NCBI RefSeq assembly: GCF_006345805.1
Contig: NC_043001.1
Location: 2,542,001 to 2,606,000, forward strand
Source: Octopus sinensis
Lineage: Eukaryota
Length of the DNA: 64,000 nt
Direction of reading: 5' to 3'
Shown piece by piece: positions 13,300-25,475 of this stretch; position 1 is the first letter of the stretch, and each line of letters starts with the position of its first letter. A model generated the notes under the pieces. It was given only the letters and a program-made list of their open reading frames with translations. It made no database searches and had not been told where the DNA came from. The translations under genes and the position numbers were made by a program.

Positions 13300-13565
13300 A
13301 GTGATCCAGATGAACTGATCAAAGGAACAGCTTGCACATGGAATTAACGTGCAAGTGGCTGAGTATTCCAAAAACACACTTTTCACAGAGTTCCTGGGAA
13401 ATTCTGTGTAACACAAAATTTGACGAGGCTGGCCCTTCCCATTATATTTACAACTAATTTTTGCCAGTTGAGTTGACTGGAGCAATATGAAATAAAGTGT
13501 CTTGCTGGGAATCGAACTCCTGACCTTACAACTGTAAGCCAAATACCCTAACCAGTGAGCCTTGT
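13300..13565 (-). mobile_element. V/Meta-like tRNA SINE
   Basis: GCAAGTGGCTGAGTATTCCA body, AATAAAGTGTCTTGC, tRNA-like head. Confidence 0.7.
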
Positions 13566-15359
13566 GTCTTGGATTACAAAGAAATTAACAGAATGTGGGA
13601 CCACTAAGCCATGCACCTTCACAAGCTTCCAAGAAAAGAAAGTTATTGAGCAACACTGGAAAAACGAGACAAATGTTGTGGCCTGGTTTTGTAATGATGT
13701 GAGCATACGAGTGTAAGGATCTGAGCAAAATAACAGCGTAATAGAGAATATTGGAGGTGAAGTTGGGAAAGAGTTTGGTAAAAAAATAATGAATGCTTGT
13801 GTCTCTTGTTACATTAGTAGAAGCTTTGGTCATTCACATCATCTGAAAGTCTGATGTAATGTATAACTGCACTTGTTTCTCTCTTGTCTGTGACTGTGTG
13901 ACTGGGTGATTATAGGGCCTTCATTCATTCCTTTCTATACATAAAAAGCTGAATGAATTTCCAAGCAGCAATCATTGTTGTGTCGGAAAATTTTGCTGAC
14001 ATCTGTCAATGAATTTGATGTTTCCTTTTAGGGTGCTACTAATTAGTTTTTTTTATTGTATTATTACTGAATATGAAAGATTTTGTTGTTCTATGCAAAA
14101 CCTTTTAATTGGAGAGCAATCAATTAGAGTTCAGTTACAGGTAACTAATGGCCACAACTCTTTCTGAACTTTATAAAACAATAAAATTAATATTTTTAAA
14201 ATTTGTTTCCCCACTAAAAAGGTTCAAATTTTGACAAAAGGCCTGCAATGTTAGGAGAAGGGGTAGGTTGATTATATCAAATCCAGTACTCAACAGGTAC
14301 TTATTTTATTGAACAACAAAATGATAAAAGGCCAAATCGACCCTGGCAGCATTTGAACTCAGAATGCAAACTCAGATGGAATGTTGTTAAGCATTCACGC
14401 GGTGCAGTAATATATCTGCTAGCTCACTGCTTTAGTGTAAGAAACTAGTAGGAGGTAGATGAATGTGCAATACCTTGTGTTAATCATATGAGGAAGATAA
14501 AGACACCAAAGCAATAAACGTGGGTGAAATATTTGAAGTTTGTCTCAAGTAAGTTTGTCACATTTCAAAATTAGAAATGAATTTCAATTTCTGATGTGCA
14601 TCTAATTCTAATAATGTTTTTCTCAAAGAAACCGAAACTCTGTCAGTTCTAGATAAGTAGATGAGAGCAAAAGAAAAATAATAATTTATATTTCTTTAAT
14701 AAACCCTTATCAAAAGTATCGATGTTCAAGAAAGTTTTCAAAGCCCTTACTGCAGCTATTGTAGTTCTAACCAGGAGTAAATACGGAATTGAATCGTACA
14801 AGATTAAAGTAAAAAAGAATAAAAATTAAAAAAACAAATAAAACAAGAATAAAAAGAAATAAAGAAAGAAAAAATATCCTTTGTTTATTTTTATATAACC
14901 TTTCCTTTAAACTACTCCACTTATAATAAATGTAAAAGACAACTAGATATTAAATCTATCCGCACAATTCTTTTTACTTCTCTTATTTTTTTTAATCTGA
15001 CAGACATTTCTCGTGAATTCTATTTGGTAAAATTTTATCAGCTTATCTTTGTACATTTTCAGAAGATAAATATCTTGTGTTAAACCAAAAAGGATATATG
15101 CTGTATCGTTTACAGTCAAAAGTACACTGTTTTGAAGTACATTGTTCAGGAGTGTTGTTGAAAGGAGTTGAAAAAGAAATTCAGTCGCTTTCAATCAGTT
15201 TTCAGAATCTTGTTTTCTCCGATTCTTTCTCTGAAATTTTGTCTTGGAAATATCAGAGAAACAATCTGATTAAGAGAAAAGGAAAATATATCAAAACTCA
15301 TTTTTCCTAAAATAAAATTTCAAAATTTTATATCTACACATACACCCACACACTCACAC

Positions 15360-15710
15360 ACACATGTATGTACATAAATGTATATATGTGTATATGCATA
15401 TATATATATATTTGTGCGTATGTATATATATATATATATATATATGTAGGTATACATATATGTGTATGTATATATATGTATATACACATATATGTATATA
15501 TGTATGCATGTGTGTAAATATATATACATATATACATATACATGTATATACACATACATACATATATGTATATTCATACACATATATATATATATACATA
15601 TATATACCCACAAATACATATGTAGATATACATATACTTACATATATATAAATACATATACATATAAATATACATATACATACATACATACATATTTTTA
15701 TATATATATA

Positions 15711-15764
<54 letters not shown>

Positions 15765-15990
15765 TATACATATGCATATTTATACATATATACATATATA
15801 TATTTCTATACATACATACATATATATATATATACAAATACATATATATATGTATACATATATATGTATACATATATATATATATTTCTATATATACATA
15901 TATGCATATATATATAGTTCTATACACATACACACACACACGCACAAACACACACACACACACATATATGTATGTATATGTATATAAATA
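15360..15990. repeat. complex (TA)/(TACA)/(CA) microsatellite field
   Basis: Directly visible; source of many spurious Y/I/C ORFs. Confidence 0.95.
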
Positions 15991-16065
15991 CATTGCATAT
16001 ACATTCAATGCTGAATATCTTCATCGCTTAATGTTCTGTTCCTATTTTCAGTTTATTATATACAG

Positions 16066-16119
16066 CAAAGAAATGGCTGCATGCAGAGAGAAGAGACGAG
16101 AATGAGAATATATACTCAT
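16066..16119 (+). CDS. candidate exon ([18 protein letters not shown])
   Basis: ttattatatacag|...|gtatat; 54 nt, symmetric phase 1. Confidence 0.3.
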
Positions 16120-16474
16120 GTATATTATTAATAGAAATGAATGATGGTGATCATGATGATGATGATGATGGCAATGATGATGTTCAAGTTGAAATGCAAT
16201 CAGAATTGTATACATTTTTTTTTGTTTTTTGCTGAAAAGAGATATATAAGGGAGTGGGGTAAGTGTGTGTGCGTCGGGTGGGGGAGAAGATGATGAAGAT
16301 TTTAATCAATACGATGGGTGATATTTGCGTGCTGAGGTTGTTGGCATTATAATTAATTTTTAAATTGTTGAAAAATAGAGAAAATATTTATATTATTCTT
16401 TAATAATTTATCTGATTAAGATGTTATAGGTTTTAATCATAGATATGATTTTGCTGTCTATTCTTCCATTAAAG

Positions 16475-16582
16475 GGTATAATAGCCACAACTACAATCAA
16501 GATAAGAGTCTGATTGCTGAAAGGTTTCACAATGGAAGATAAGAATCTTCAGACCAAGATGATTCCTTTGTCTTTAATCAAG
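16475..16582 (+). CDS. candidate exon: either ATG at 16532 (MEDKNLQTKMIPLSLIK) or phase 1 with an in-frame TAA at 16540
   Basis: tctattcttccattaaag| acceptor and AAG|gtgcgt donor; 108 nt. Confidence 0.35.
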
Positions 16583-17022
16583 GTGCGTTCATTTATTGAA
16601 TTCAAACTAAGTGGGAGACCCCTTTGGTGTTTCATTATTAAGTATAACATTTTCCGTTTTCTTTATTTTAATTTTTTAATTTTGGTCTTTGGGTGTAATT
16701 AGAATTTTCTGGAAGAAATATTTCGTTTGTCTGAAATTTTGACTTGAGTCTAAAGCAAAATAATTTTAAGGTCTCTTACCATTCCTCCTCCTCCTCACCT
16801 CCACCAAGACCACCACCACCACCACTTTCATCATCATCATCGTCATCGTTATCATCATTGTCGTCCACAGTACTGCTTTTGCATCATCTTCCTCTATACT
16901 GGTTTGGGGTGTCCAAGACTTCTTGAAACACTATTCTATGATTGGATTCCTTTCCCAAGGCCAGTTCTTTTCTATTTTTAATGGACTTAATTCCTTCTCT
17001 TTGTAACATTTCAACCCTTCAG

Positions 17023-17085
17023 CTGAGGAACTCTGTATTAAAGAAAGACAGAAACAAAACCATCATCATTGCCCAAGCACATCCT
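17023..17085 (+). CDS. candidate exon (LRNSVLKKDRNKTIIIAQAHP, or xEELCIKERQKQNHHHCPSTS)
   Basis: Long pyrimidine tract ...tcaacccttcag| and donor |gtatga; 63 nt, open in two frames. Confidence 0.35.
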
Positions 17086-17414
17086 GTATGAGGATGCACA
17101 GAGACACACACACACACACACACATGAACACCTATACACATATATAGAGATACTCATAAGCACATATATAGATATACACACACACACATATATATATATA
17201 TACATATATATATATAGATAGAAATGTAGATATAGATACATACACACACACGCACGCACACACACACACACGCAGAACACACACACACATATATATACAT
17301 ATATAGTGAACTCAAATAAACAAACAATTAAAAACAGAGAAAAAAGGAAAACGATGAACTTGAAGATGTGCACAACAAATATATTATTTTGACACTCGGT
17401 GAAGGGAGAACATT

Positions 17415-17453
17415 GTTGTTAATGTTTCGAGCTTAGCTCTTCATCAGAAACAG
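17415..17453 (-). ncRNA. minimal type I hammerhead-like motif, canonical core, weak stem I
   Basis: Minus: CTGTTT CTGATGA A GAGC-TAA-GCTC GAAAC ATT AACAAC. Confidence 0.45.
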
Positions 17454-17689
17454 GAAAGTTCAAAGAGAAATAAGGAAAAGTAAGGAAAAATCGCCAACAC
17501 TTTATGTAAGGTTACATTTACATAAAAATCTATGTACAAATTTTGGAAAAAAGTTGTCTTTTTATTTCTTCTTTATTTCTTCTTTGTCAGTGCATTCATT
17601 AATAATGAAGAAATTAAAAGATTTTTTTCCAAAATTCTGATGTTATTTTTTCTCAATATTCAATGCCTGTACATCACACTTAACACTCT

Positions 17690-17717
<28 letters not shown>

Positions 17718-17720
<3 letters not shown>

Positions 17721-18411
17721 GAATGGTTGTATACAGTCAATCTAACAAGAACGTGACTGTAGGGGGTACACCACCGCTGTATAGCCCTAGGAAGCATCGA
17801 ACGCCTCCTGATGGCTTTGACACATTTTTCCCTGTGTCCTTATATACATTTACGAAGGGGAGACAAACACTCCCGGCTGCCAGAACTGCATCAAAGCCAT
17901 CAGGAGGCGTTCGATGCTTCCTAGGGCTATACAGCGGTGGTGTACCCACTACTGTCACGTTCTTGTTAGATTGACAGTATACAACCATTCTATCGCCCCA
18001 TCACCGTACATGTCTCTACAAGAGATTTAGCAATTCAATATTTCTTATTTTGATAATCAGTGAATAGACTTCACTGAATATATATATATACAATTACGAA
18101 GTCGAGGCAAATATCACCAGCTGACCGGTGTCTGCTACTCTAGGCCGATGAAGGACAATGATCCTGAAACACGTGTCCCTAGATGCAGTTCCGGTAGCCG
18201 GGGGTGTTTGTCTCCCCTTCGTAAATGTATATAAGGACACAGGGAAAAATGTGTCAAAGCCATCAGGAGGCGTTCGATGCTTCTTAGGGCTATACAGCGG
18301 TGGTGTACCCCCTACTGTCATGTTCTTGTTAGATTGACAGTATACAACCATTCTATCACCCCACCACCGTACATGTCTCTACGAGAGATTTAGAAATTCA
18401 ATATTTCTTAT
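17718..18411. mobile_element. Penelope-like terminal-repeat array (inverted plus direct partial copies), no ORF
   Basis: 103-bp inverted arms 17718-17820 / 17891-17993; 158-bp direct repeats 17891-18048 / 18254-18411; 17718-17892 is the reverse complement of about 18183-18356; contains a hammerhead motif; (TA)n flanks. Confidence 0.7.
18139..18183 (+). ncRNA. minimal type I hammerhead ribozyme (U4C core variant)
   Basis: TCTAGG CCGATGA AGGA-CAATGA-TCCT GAAA C-ACGT-GTC CCTAGA: 6-bp stem I, 4-bp stem II, palindromic ACGT loop III, GUC site at 18175-18177. Confidence 0.7.
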
Positions 18412-18482
18412 GATCTCTTGAGCACCACCAGCTCAAATATTTTTTCCTCTGTCTTCCCTTCTTGGGATCTTTCCTTCTCCTT

Positions 18483-18517
18483 GTTTCCGACAAAGAGCTC
18501 CGCTCGAAACGTTAAAC
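18483..18517 (+). ncRNA. degenerate minimal hammerhead-like motif
   Basis: GTTT CCGACAA A GAGC-TCC-GCTC GAAACGTT AAAC; core deviates at U4 and G8; same family as 17415-17453 but inverted. Confidence 0.4.
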
Positions 18518-18668
18518 CCTCCTTCTTACCTGAGCATCCAATAATACTTTAATTGTTCCACGTCCTGCGTTGCTGTGTTTTTTCTCTTTTTTTCCGTGTT
18601 TTCTTGCTTGGATTAACTATATATATATATATATACTTTATTTAAAGCAGCAGAAAATTCAACAAAAC

Positions 18669-18706
18669 CTGTTACTCTGAGTTTCCCGTTCCCGTTCATC
18701 GGACAG
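18669..18706 (-). ncRNA. minimal type I hammerhead-like motif (U4C core variant)
   Basis: Minus: CTGT CCGATGA ACG-GGAA-CGG GAAA CTC-A-GAG TA ACAG; stem I CTGT/ACAG; 1-nt loop III implies dimeric folding. Confidence 0.55.
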
Positions 18707-18760
18707 TTTTTGCTAGAACATATATATATATATATATTCATAGACACACACATACACACA

Positions 18761-18798
<38 letters not shown>

Positions 18799-19036
18799 CA
18801 GTAATCCCTTGATTATTGTGAGTGTTACGTTCCAAAAGTCCAGCTATAGGTAAAAATCCATGAAGTAGAAACAGTAGTGCACTGTATATATTTTTATAAT
18901 TATTTTCATAATTTGTATACATTTATTTCATTATAAATACAAAACAACACCACAGAGAAATTGGTGTAAGCTTAAATAATTAACCATGATAGGTGAACTG
19001 CAATAGTTGAAATGTGATATGGCGAGGGATTACTGG

Positions 19037-19069
<33 letters not shown>

Positions 19070-19146
19070 GATGTATGTATGCGTAAGTCATCTAAAGACG
19101 ATAATTGAAGGAGAAGACGCACTGATATATCTGTAAATAGAATGGG

Positions 19147-19446
19147 TATATTTTCTGAAATGCATAGTATTAAATACCCATCAAGGCTGGTCTTACTAGT
19201 CGGTTTCGTGTAAGGGATACAATAGAGTGTTAGGTGACCAACTGATTATTTAACTTTACACTCATCAGAGTTGGCCGATATGGAAGGGAATATGGCACCA
19301 TATTCCCTTCCATATTAGCCAACTCTGATGAGTGTAAAGTTAGATAATCGGTCTGTTACCTAACATGCTATTGTATTCTTTACACAAACCTGATTGGTAA
19401 GACCAGCCATGATGGGTATTTAATATTATGCATTTCAGATAATATA
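19147..19446. mobile_element. 300-bp spacer-less palindrome (foldback/MITE-like), TA-flanked
   Basis: The two 150-bp arms are reverse complements centred at 19296/19297 (ATATGG CA CCATAT), with scattered mismatches. Confidence 0.8.
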
Positions 19447-20880
19447 TGTATATATACAGGTATGTGTGTGTATGTATGTATATGTGTGTGTGTATGCGCA
19501 CATGTATGTGTGTATGTGTGTGTGTATATGCATATATACAGCAGGATTTGTTTCAGCTTTTGCCTACTTAATTTTCTTCAAGGCTGTTGTAGAAAATACT
19601 TGGCCAAAATTCGTATGTTGTGTGGTTGATCCTGAAATCCCACGGTTGTGAAGAGACTCTCTTAAGTACACAACCCTATCTGCCCCTGTGTATATGGTGC
19701 ACTAATTATGAAATACCTGGCCATGGTCTGCTCAGATATTCAATATTATAAATTATGATAAATGTATCATATAATGATTTAAAAACTTATTTCATTCATA
19801 TATTTATATACTGGCCTGCTTGCTTAGCCAGTGGGGTAGCATCATTGGAGGCTAAAACAATGTGAAGTGCATTGTGACTAGCGATGTGTAGCAACATCTG
19901 ATGCCCTAGTATATTTATAAACATACAATTATTTGAAATATCTTTGTCTTGAGAGAAAATATGTTAACAATAACAAAATCTGTTGTCATAACTAACAAAA
20001 TACTGCAGTTGAAGTTTTATTACAGCTAAGTTATTATTGCGTAGGCAGAGTTCGGCCAAATGTTGACAGAAATTGTCTTAGAAATGAAAATCCTACTCCA
20101 CCACCACCACCACCATTATCACATGTGATCTTTTGACATCTTTTGGTCAACTAGAATGTCGTGTCAAACATACTTGACCAACACACAGGAAACCATTGTC
20201 GTTTCACAATGCAAACTTCATGTTTTAAAGAGATCCAAATTAAAACCTGCCATCAAAATTTCATGTTCGTTAACATTCAAAACATTCGCTTAATTAGGAC
20301 AAAATTATTTCTCAAAATTCTTCATTATTTTCAAAATTAATCGAAACAACGCTAGTACATTTAACAAAAATATGGTAACAAAGTGTTTCAGACAAAGCCA
20401 CATGATTGCATATTCTAATTCTAAAGGTGTTTTAATAACAAACCAATGACACCTGAGGTATTAAAACTGTGGGAGCAATGCATACAACTTTAATGATAAC
20501 GCGTGGACTTTGGTTACCCTGTGTTGTAGTGAAATAGTACATCCCCTTCCAAAGTAACAAGCCTTCAACATATATTTGTCCCTTAATTCATTGGAAGTGC
20601 TCACCCCGTGTCATCATGCATACCTCCACTGGATTCAATAAAAATGTCAACCACCAATAAAATTGAAAGACCATATGGAAAATATTACAAAATAATAATA
20701 ATAATAATAATAAAAATAAAAATAATAATAATAATAATAAACAATAATTAATCATGTATTCAACTCGACAAGTCTTAGAGATGAACTACTTTCCATTTAT
20801 ACTTATATAAATACATTCACGCATGCATGCACACGTCTATATTTCATATATAAATTTGCGAATGAGATAAGACTTTACAG

Positions 20881-20912
20881 ATACATTAAATCCAAGACAC
20901 AAAAGACAGGCT
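20881..20912 (+). CDS. candidate 32-nt exon (xTLNPRHKRQA)
   Basis: gactttacag|...|gtaagt, consensus donor. Confidence 0.4.
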
Positions 20913-21511
20913 GTAAGTATAAAAAGTCTGAAGATCTTGATGCACATGCGTGTGTGAAGAGATAAGCATTGAAATATATAATTTCTGTCATTTGATGAAA
21001 AATCTTAATCTGAAATAAAACATTTATCCTTTTGTTACATGCACAATGACTTTTTTAAATGATTTTATTTGTAAGCTATAATCTTGTGGCATTGCTAGAA
21101 TGTAGAGCATCAGACACTGTGCCTAGAAATATTTCATTTCATTCTTTTACATTCGGTGTTCAAATACCATCAAAATTGACTTTTAATTTCTCCTTCTTTG
21201 GTTGTTAAATGAAGTCCTGGTCAAATCTGAAGTCAGCAGTTTAACAATAACATAAAAGTGAGGATGAAGACACTTTCTATTTATTTGGTGAAGAAAATGG
21301 GATGATGGGAAAATTGGCTGGAAGAGTCCACATGAGGATTAATGTTGCAGTAATGTGAAGGGTAGTCATTCATTTTCAGTTTCTCATCTGTTTTAGTGTC
21401 ACAAGCTTGATGGCACACAATGGTCCCAAGAAAAGAAAGCAACAGAGTAATGTCAGAAAGATCTCCTCATTTCAGTGGGTTAGTAAGACAGCTGAAGTGA
21501 TTGTGTGAAGA

Positions 21512-21750
<239 letters not shown>

Positions 21751-22042
21751 AGGGACAAAATTGGGACTGAGTCAATGAACCTGAGCATCAGCAGCCATAG
21801 CTTTGTACTGTGCTTGTAAGAGTTAGAGTCCTCATCATATTTAGCAATTCTAAGGGATAGCCTGATGTGATGCTTGACTGCACTCAGTTCTCTCTTGTTG
21901 GTCAATATCTTCTCTTTCTTTGTCTGTAAACATCAGTGACCGACTGTCTCTGTTTATCTGTCCTTCAGTCTTGTTATTATTAGCAATCAACAACTTCTCA
22001 TTCATTGTTTACTGAAGTCAATCAATGGGATCAATGGGGAGT

Positions 22043-22190
22043 AGGAGTGGCTGTGCAGTAAGTAGCTTGGTTACCAACCACATGGTTCCGGGTTCAATCC
22101 CACTGCATGGCACCTTGGGCAAGTGTCTTCTGCTATAGCCTCAGGCTGACCAAAGCCTTGTGAGTGGATTTGGTAGAAGCCCGTCGTATA

Positions 22191-22249
<59 letters not shown>

Positions 22250-22475
22250 ATATTTGTGTGTCTGTGTTTGTCTCCCCAACATCACTTGACAACCAATGGG
22301 GGTGTATTTACATCCCCGTAACTTAGCGGATCAGCAGAAGAGACTGATAGAATAAGTACTAGGCTTACAAAGAATAACTCCTGTGGTCGATTTGTTTGAC
22401 TAAAGGTGGTGCTCCAGCATGGCCACAGTCAAATGACTGAAACAAGTAAAAGAGTAAAAGAGAGTAAAAGAGAGT
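22043..22475 (+). mobile_element. CORE-like tRNA SINE, full length
   Basis: Head GGAGTGGCTGTG, B box GGTTCAATCC (22091), GGCACCTTGGGCAAGTGTCTT resembling the CORE domain, internal (TA)n(TG)n, (GAGTAAAA)n tail. Confidence 0.85.
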
Positions 22476-23319
22476 TAAATTCTTTCCTGTCCTCACTCAA
22501 TTAGAAAAATCTGTTACATGTTTACGCATGTGCCCCTGGGGGGCACATGGAGCCAATGGACCAATGAATAATGGATTGCTTGTTTTGTGTGTGGTAGGGT
22601 TAGTCTTTTATTAGTTCAATGCCACCACCACCACCACCACCAAAAACAACAACAACAATTTTGAGTGCATTCAACAAAACTCATTCTCTGTTAAAAGTAT
22701 TCAGGTCAGATCTCAAGACTTAGGAAACCCCCTGAGTTGTGGTTTCTTTCTCCCTTCCACCACCCCTAGGGTTGGAGACACTGTAAATTTATCTTTTTAT
22801 GACATGCTCAGTATGAAAGTGGCCATCTTGTAGAAATGCTTAAGTGTCAGAAACAAGAAATGCTACAAAGGGTTGTAGTATTTCTTTCAACACTTTATGT
22901 TCTGGGTTCAAATTCCATCGAGGTTACCTTTGCCTTCCTTTCTTTCCAGGTCAATAACTTATCGTACCAGTCATGCACTGTGGCCAATGGCATTGACTAG
23001 CTCCCTCTCTTTAAGGTTACTGGCTGATTTCAAAAATTACGAGCATTTACATGCACAAAAGTGTTTATTATATTTAAACTTGCAATTTTATGCAAATGGT
23101 GGAGCATCTGACAGACAGTGATCTGAGAAATATTGGCAGGTTTCAAGTTTTACATCAAAACTGACCACCTAGTCTAGCTGACCATGTGACTGCCTGGCAA
23201 ACAGGCTTCAAATCACCTCTCATCCCCACCACATTCCCTCTTTGAACCAACATAGAGACAAACCTATTAACAGAGATTTATAACCATACAGACATCTTCA
23301 TGTAAGTTCCCATTTTTTT

Positions 23320-23806
23320 TTTGCCACCTTACTGCACTTGTGCTCGTGCTAGTAGGGTGCCAAGAGTACCATCCAAGCATGATCGTTGCCAGAGCAGCCA
23401 ACTAACTTCCATGTCGGTGGCACGTAAAAGGGCACCATTCGAGCATGATCGTTACCACCGTTGCCTTACTGGCACCTGTGCCGGGTGGCATGTGCAAAAG
23501 ATTTGAGCGAGGTCATTGTCAGTACCGCCTGACTGGCCCTTGTGCCGGTGGCACGTAAAAGGGCCCCATTCGAGCATGATCGTTACCACCGTTGCCTTAC
23601 TGACCCCTGTGCCAGTGGCATGTAAAAGCACCCACTACACTCTCGGAGTGGTTGGTATTAGGAAGGGCATCCAGCTGTAGAAAGTCTGCCAGATCAAGAC
23701 TGGAACCTGGTGCAGCCATCTGGTTCACCAGCCCTCAGTCAAAATCGTCCAACCCATGCTAGCATGGAAAGCGGACGTTAAACGATGATGATGATGATGA
23801 TGATGA
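23320..23806 (+). mobile_element. RTE-type 3' UTR / SINE with internal tandem repeats of about 50-60 bp
   Basis: Repeated GGCACGTAAAAGGGC...ATTCGAGCATGATCGTTACCACCGTTGCCTTACTG units, then the standard tail. Confidence 0.8.
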
Positions 23807-23930
23807 AACTGGTCTCTTCTGCTCATGCCATTATTGGTGCATTGCAGTCAATTATATTATTTAAGGGAAATATAGATTGATGCTGCTTATTAACATGTGT
23901 CTGATTACATTTACCATTACCAAATTCTAG

Positions 23931-23986
23931 AAACTGTTTGATAAACTGGGAAAACTCGATGATGATGAGACAGTTCCAGGCACCAT
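23931..23986 (+). CDS. candidate exon (KLFDKLGKLDDDETVPGT)
   Basis: ttaccaaattctag|...|gtaaga; 56 nt; phase 0 entry matches the exit of 20881-20912. Confidence 0.45.
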
Positions 23987-25338
23987 GTAAGATATTCTTG
24001 ATGTCTGCGGTCACTGCAAAAGCAAATAGTGATTCCTTACTTGAATACAAAACCCCAAATTTAGGTGGAGTCATTTAACTCATATCTGGTATCAGGATTT
24101 ATTTTAGCACCTGTTGAAGGATGACAGGTAAATATGAATACTGGTAAGATTTGAACTCAGTTTGTAAAGGTACACCACAAAACAGCACAGCTTACCTTGT
24201 CCAGCATTTCCCCAATTCTGCCAATCTCCCATTCTTAGTATGGATCTGTGCTGTTGAAATGGGTCTCAGAGGCTGGTGACCAATTCTGAGTGTTTCTAAC
24301 TAAAAAAAAATGTTTTCTGTTGGTTATGGTGTTGTTGTTATTGGTGGTGGTGGCGGTGGCGGTGGCGGTGGTGGTGGTGACAGTGATTGTGATTGCTGTT
24401 GATTACTTTCAGATCAGTTCTGATTAAGTAGAATCCAATCCAATCGTGACCACCATAATTTTAAAGCACAATTTGTCTAGATTGTAAAATGAAATGTGTT
24501 GTTTTTTTTTTCCAGATAGCAGGGATAATATAAAAGCATTTCACTGCTATTTCTAGCAGTTAAGGTGAAGTGACTGCACAAAGGCTCATTTAATGACATG
24601 TGACCTCGGCTGGTTGGTGAGGTCAGCCAAGTGTGAACAAAACATGTTGAACTATTTGACATGGATTGTTGTCACAGTCTGTTGAACTGAGTCAATGTTC
24701 ACCAAGTACAGCCGAACTCCTCGAAATGTTATTGCAATTTATTCAACACAAATATTAAGGACAATATCGTTGAGCATTTTCATGAATGAAGCCATTGAAA
24801 GAAGTGTTTGGTATAGAGATCTGTTATCGGTCCTTCTTCCAACAAAAGCTTGTATTGTTGCTAAGTCAATATCTTTGTCTGAATAAACACCAGCTTCACA
24901 ATAATGGCCAGTGACATACAATGCAACAACCAATTCTTACTGGTTTAAATGATGACCAACACTAAAAAATAAAACAGAACTTCAAGACAATGAAATAGCC
25001 TCCGTATAATCATAGGACTTGTTAGAAATAGCAGCCAAATTTCCATCATACAAAAGATATCTTACCATCTTGAGAAAACGGGAGATAGTAACGGATTCAC
25101 TAATGTAGTCCTAGATACACTATGGAAATGGAAAGAAGCCTACCGTATGTATGTGTATATGTATATGTACACACACACATATATATACATATACATACAA
25201 ATGTGTGTGTGTGCGTGCATGTGTGTGAGGGTGTATGTGTGTCTTTGCATTAGTGTTTGTCACCCCCCTCCACCACTTGACAACTGACGTTAGTTTGTCT
25301 GAAAAGTGATTGATAGAATAAGCACTTAGCTATATAAA

Positions 25339-25374
<36 letters not shown>

Positions 25375-25475
25375 AGTCCTGGGATCAATTCATTTGACTA
25401 AAATTTCTTCAAGATCTAATGACTGAAACAAGTAAGAGATAAAAGTTACACACACATATACGCACACATCATCCG

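Noticed and set aside
15320-16008. Many overlapping Y/I/C/H-rich ORFs (also at 12.4, 35.7, 54.8 and 60.4 kb)
   Set aside because: TA/CA microsatellites lack stops in several frames
20427-20457. 31-nt AG/GT segment (CFNNKPMTPE)
   Set aside because: Phase is incompatible with the neighbouring stronger exon candidates
23320-23640. Spaced repeats superficially like a CRISPR array (also 45030-45520, 25620-25900)
   Set aside because: The units are imperfect tandem repeats without unique spacers, inside eukaryotic RTE 3' ends; no cas genes
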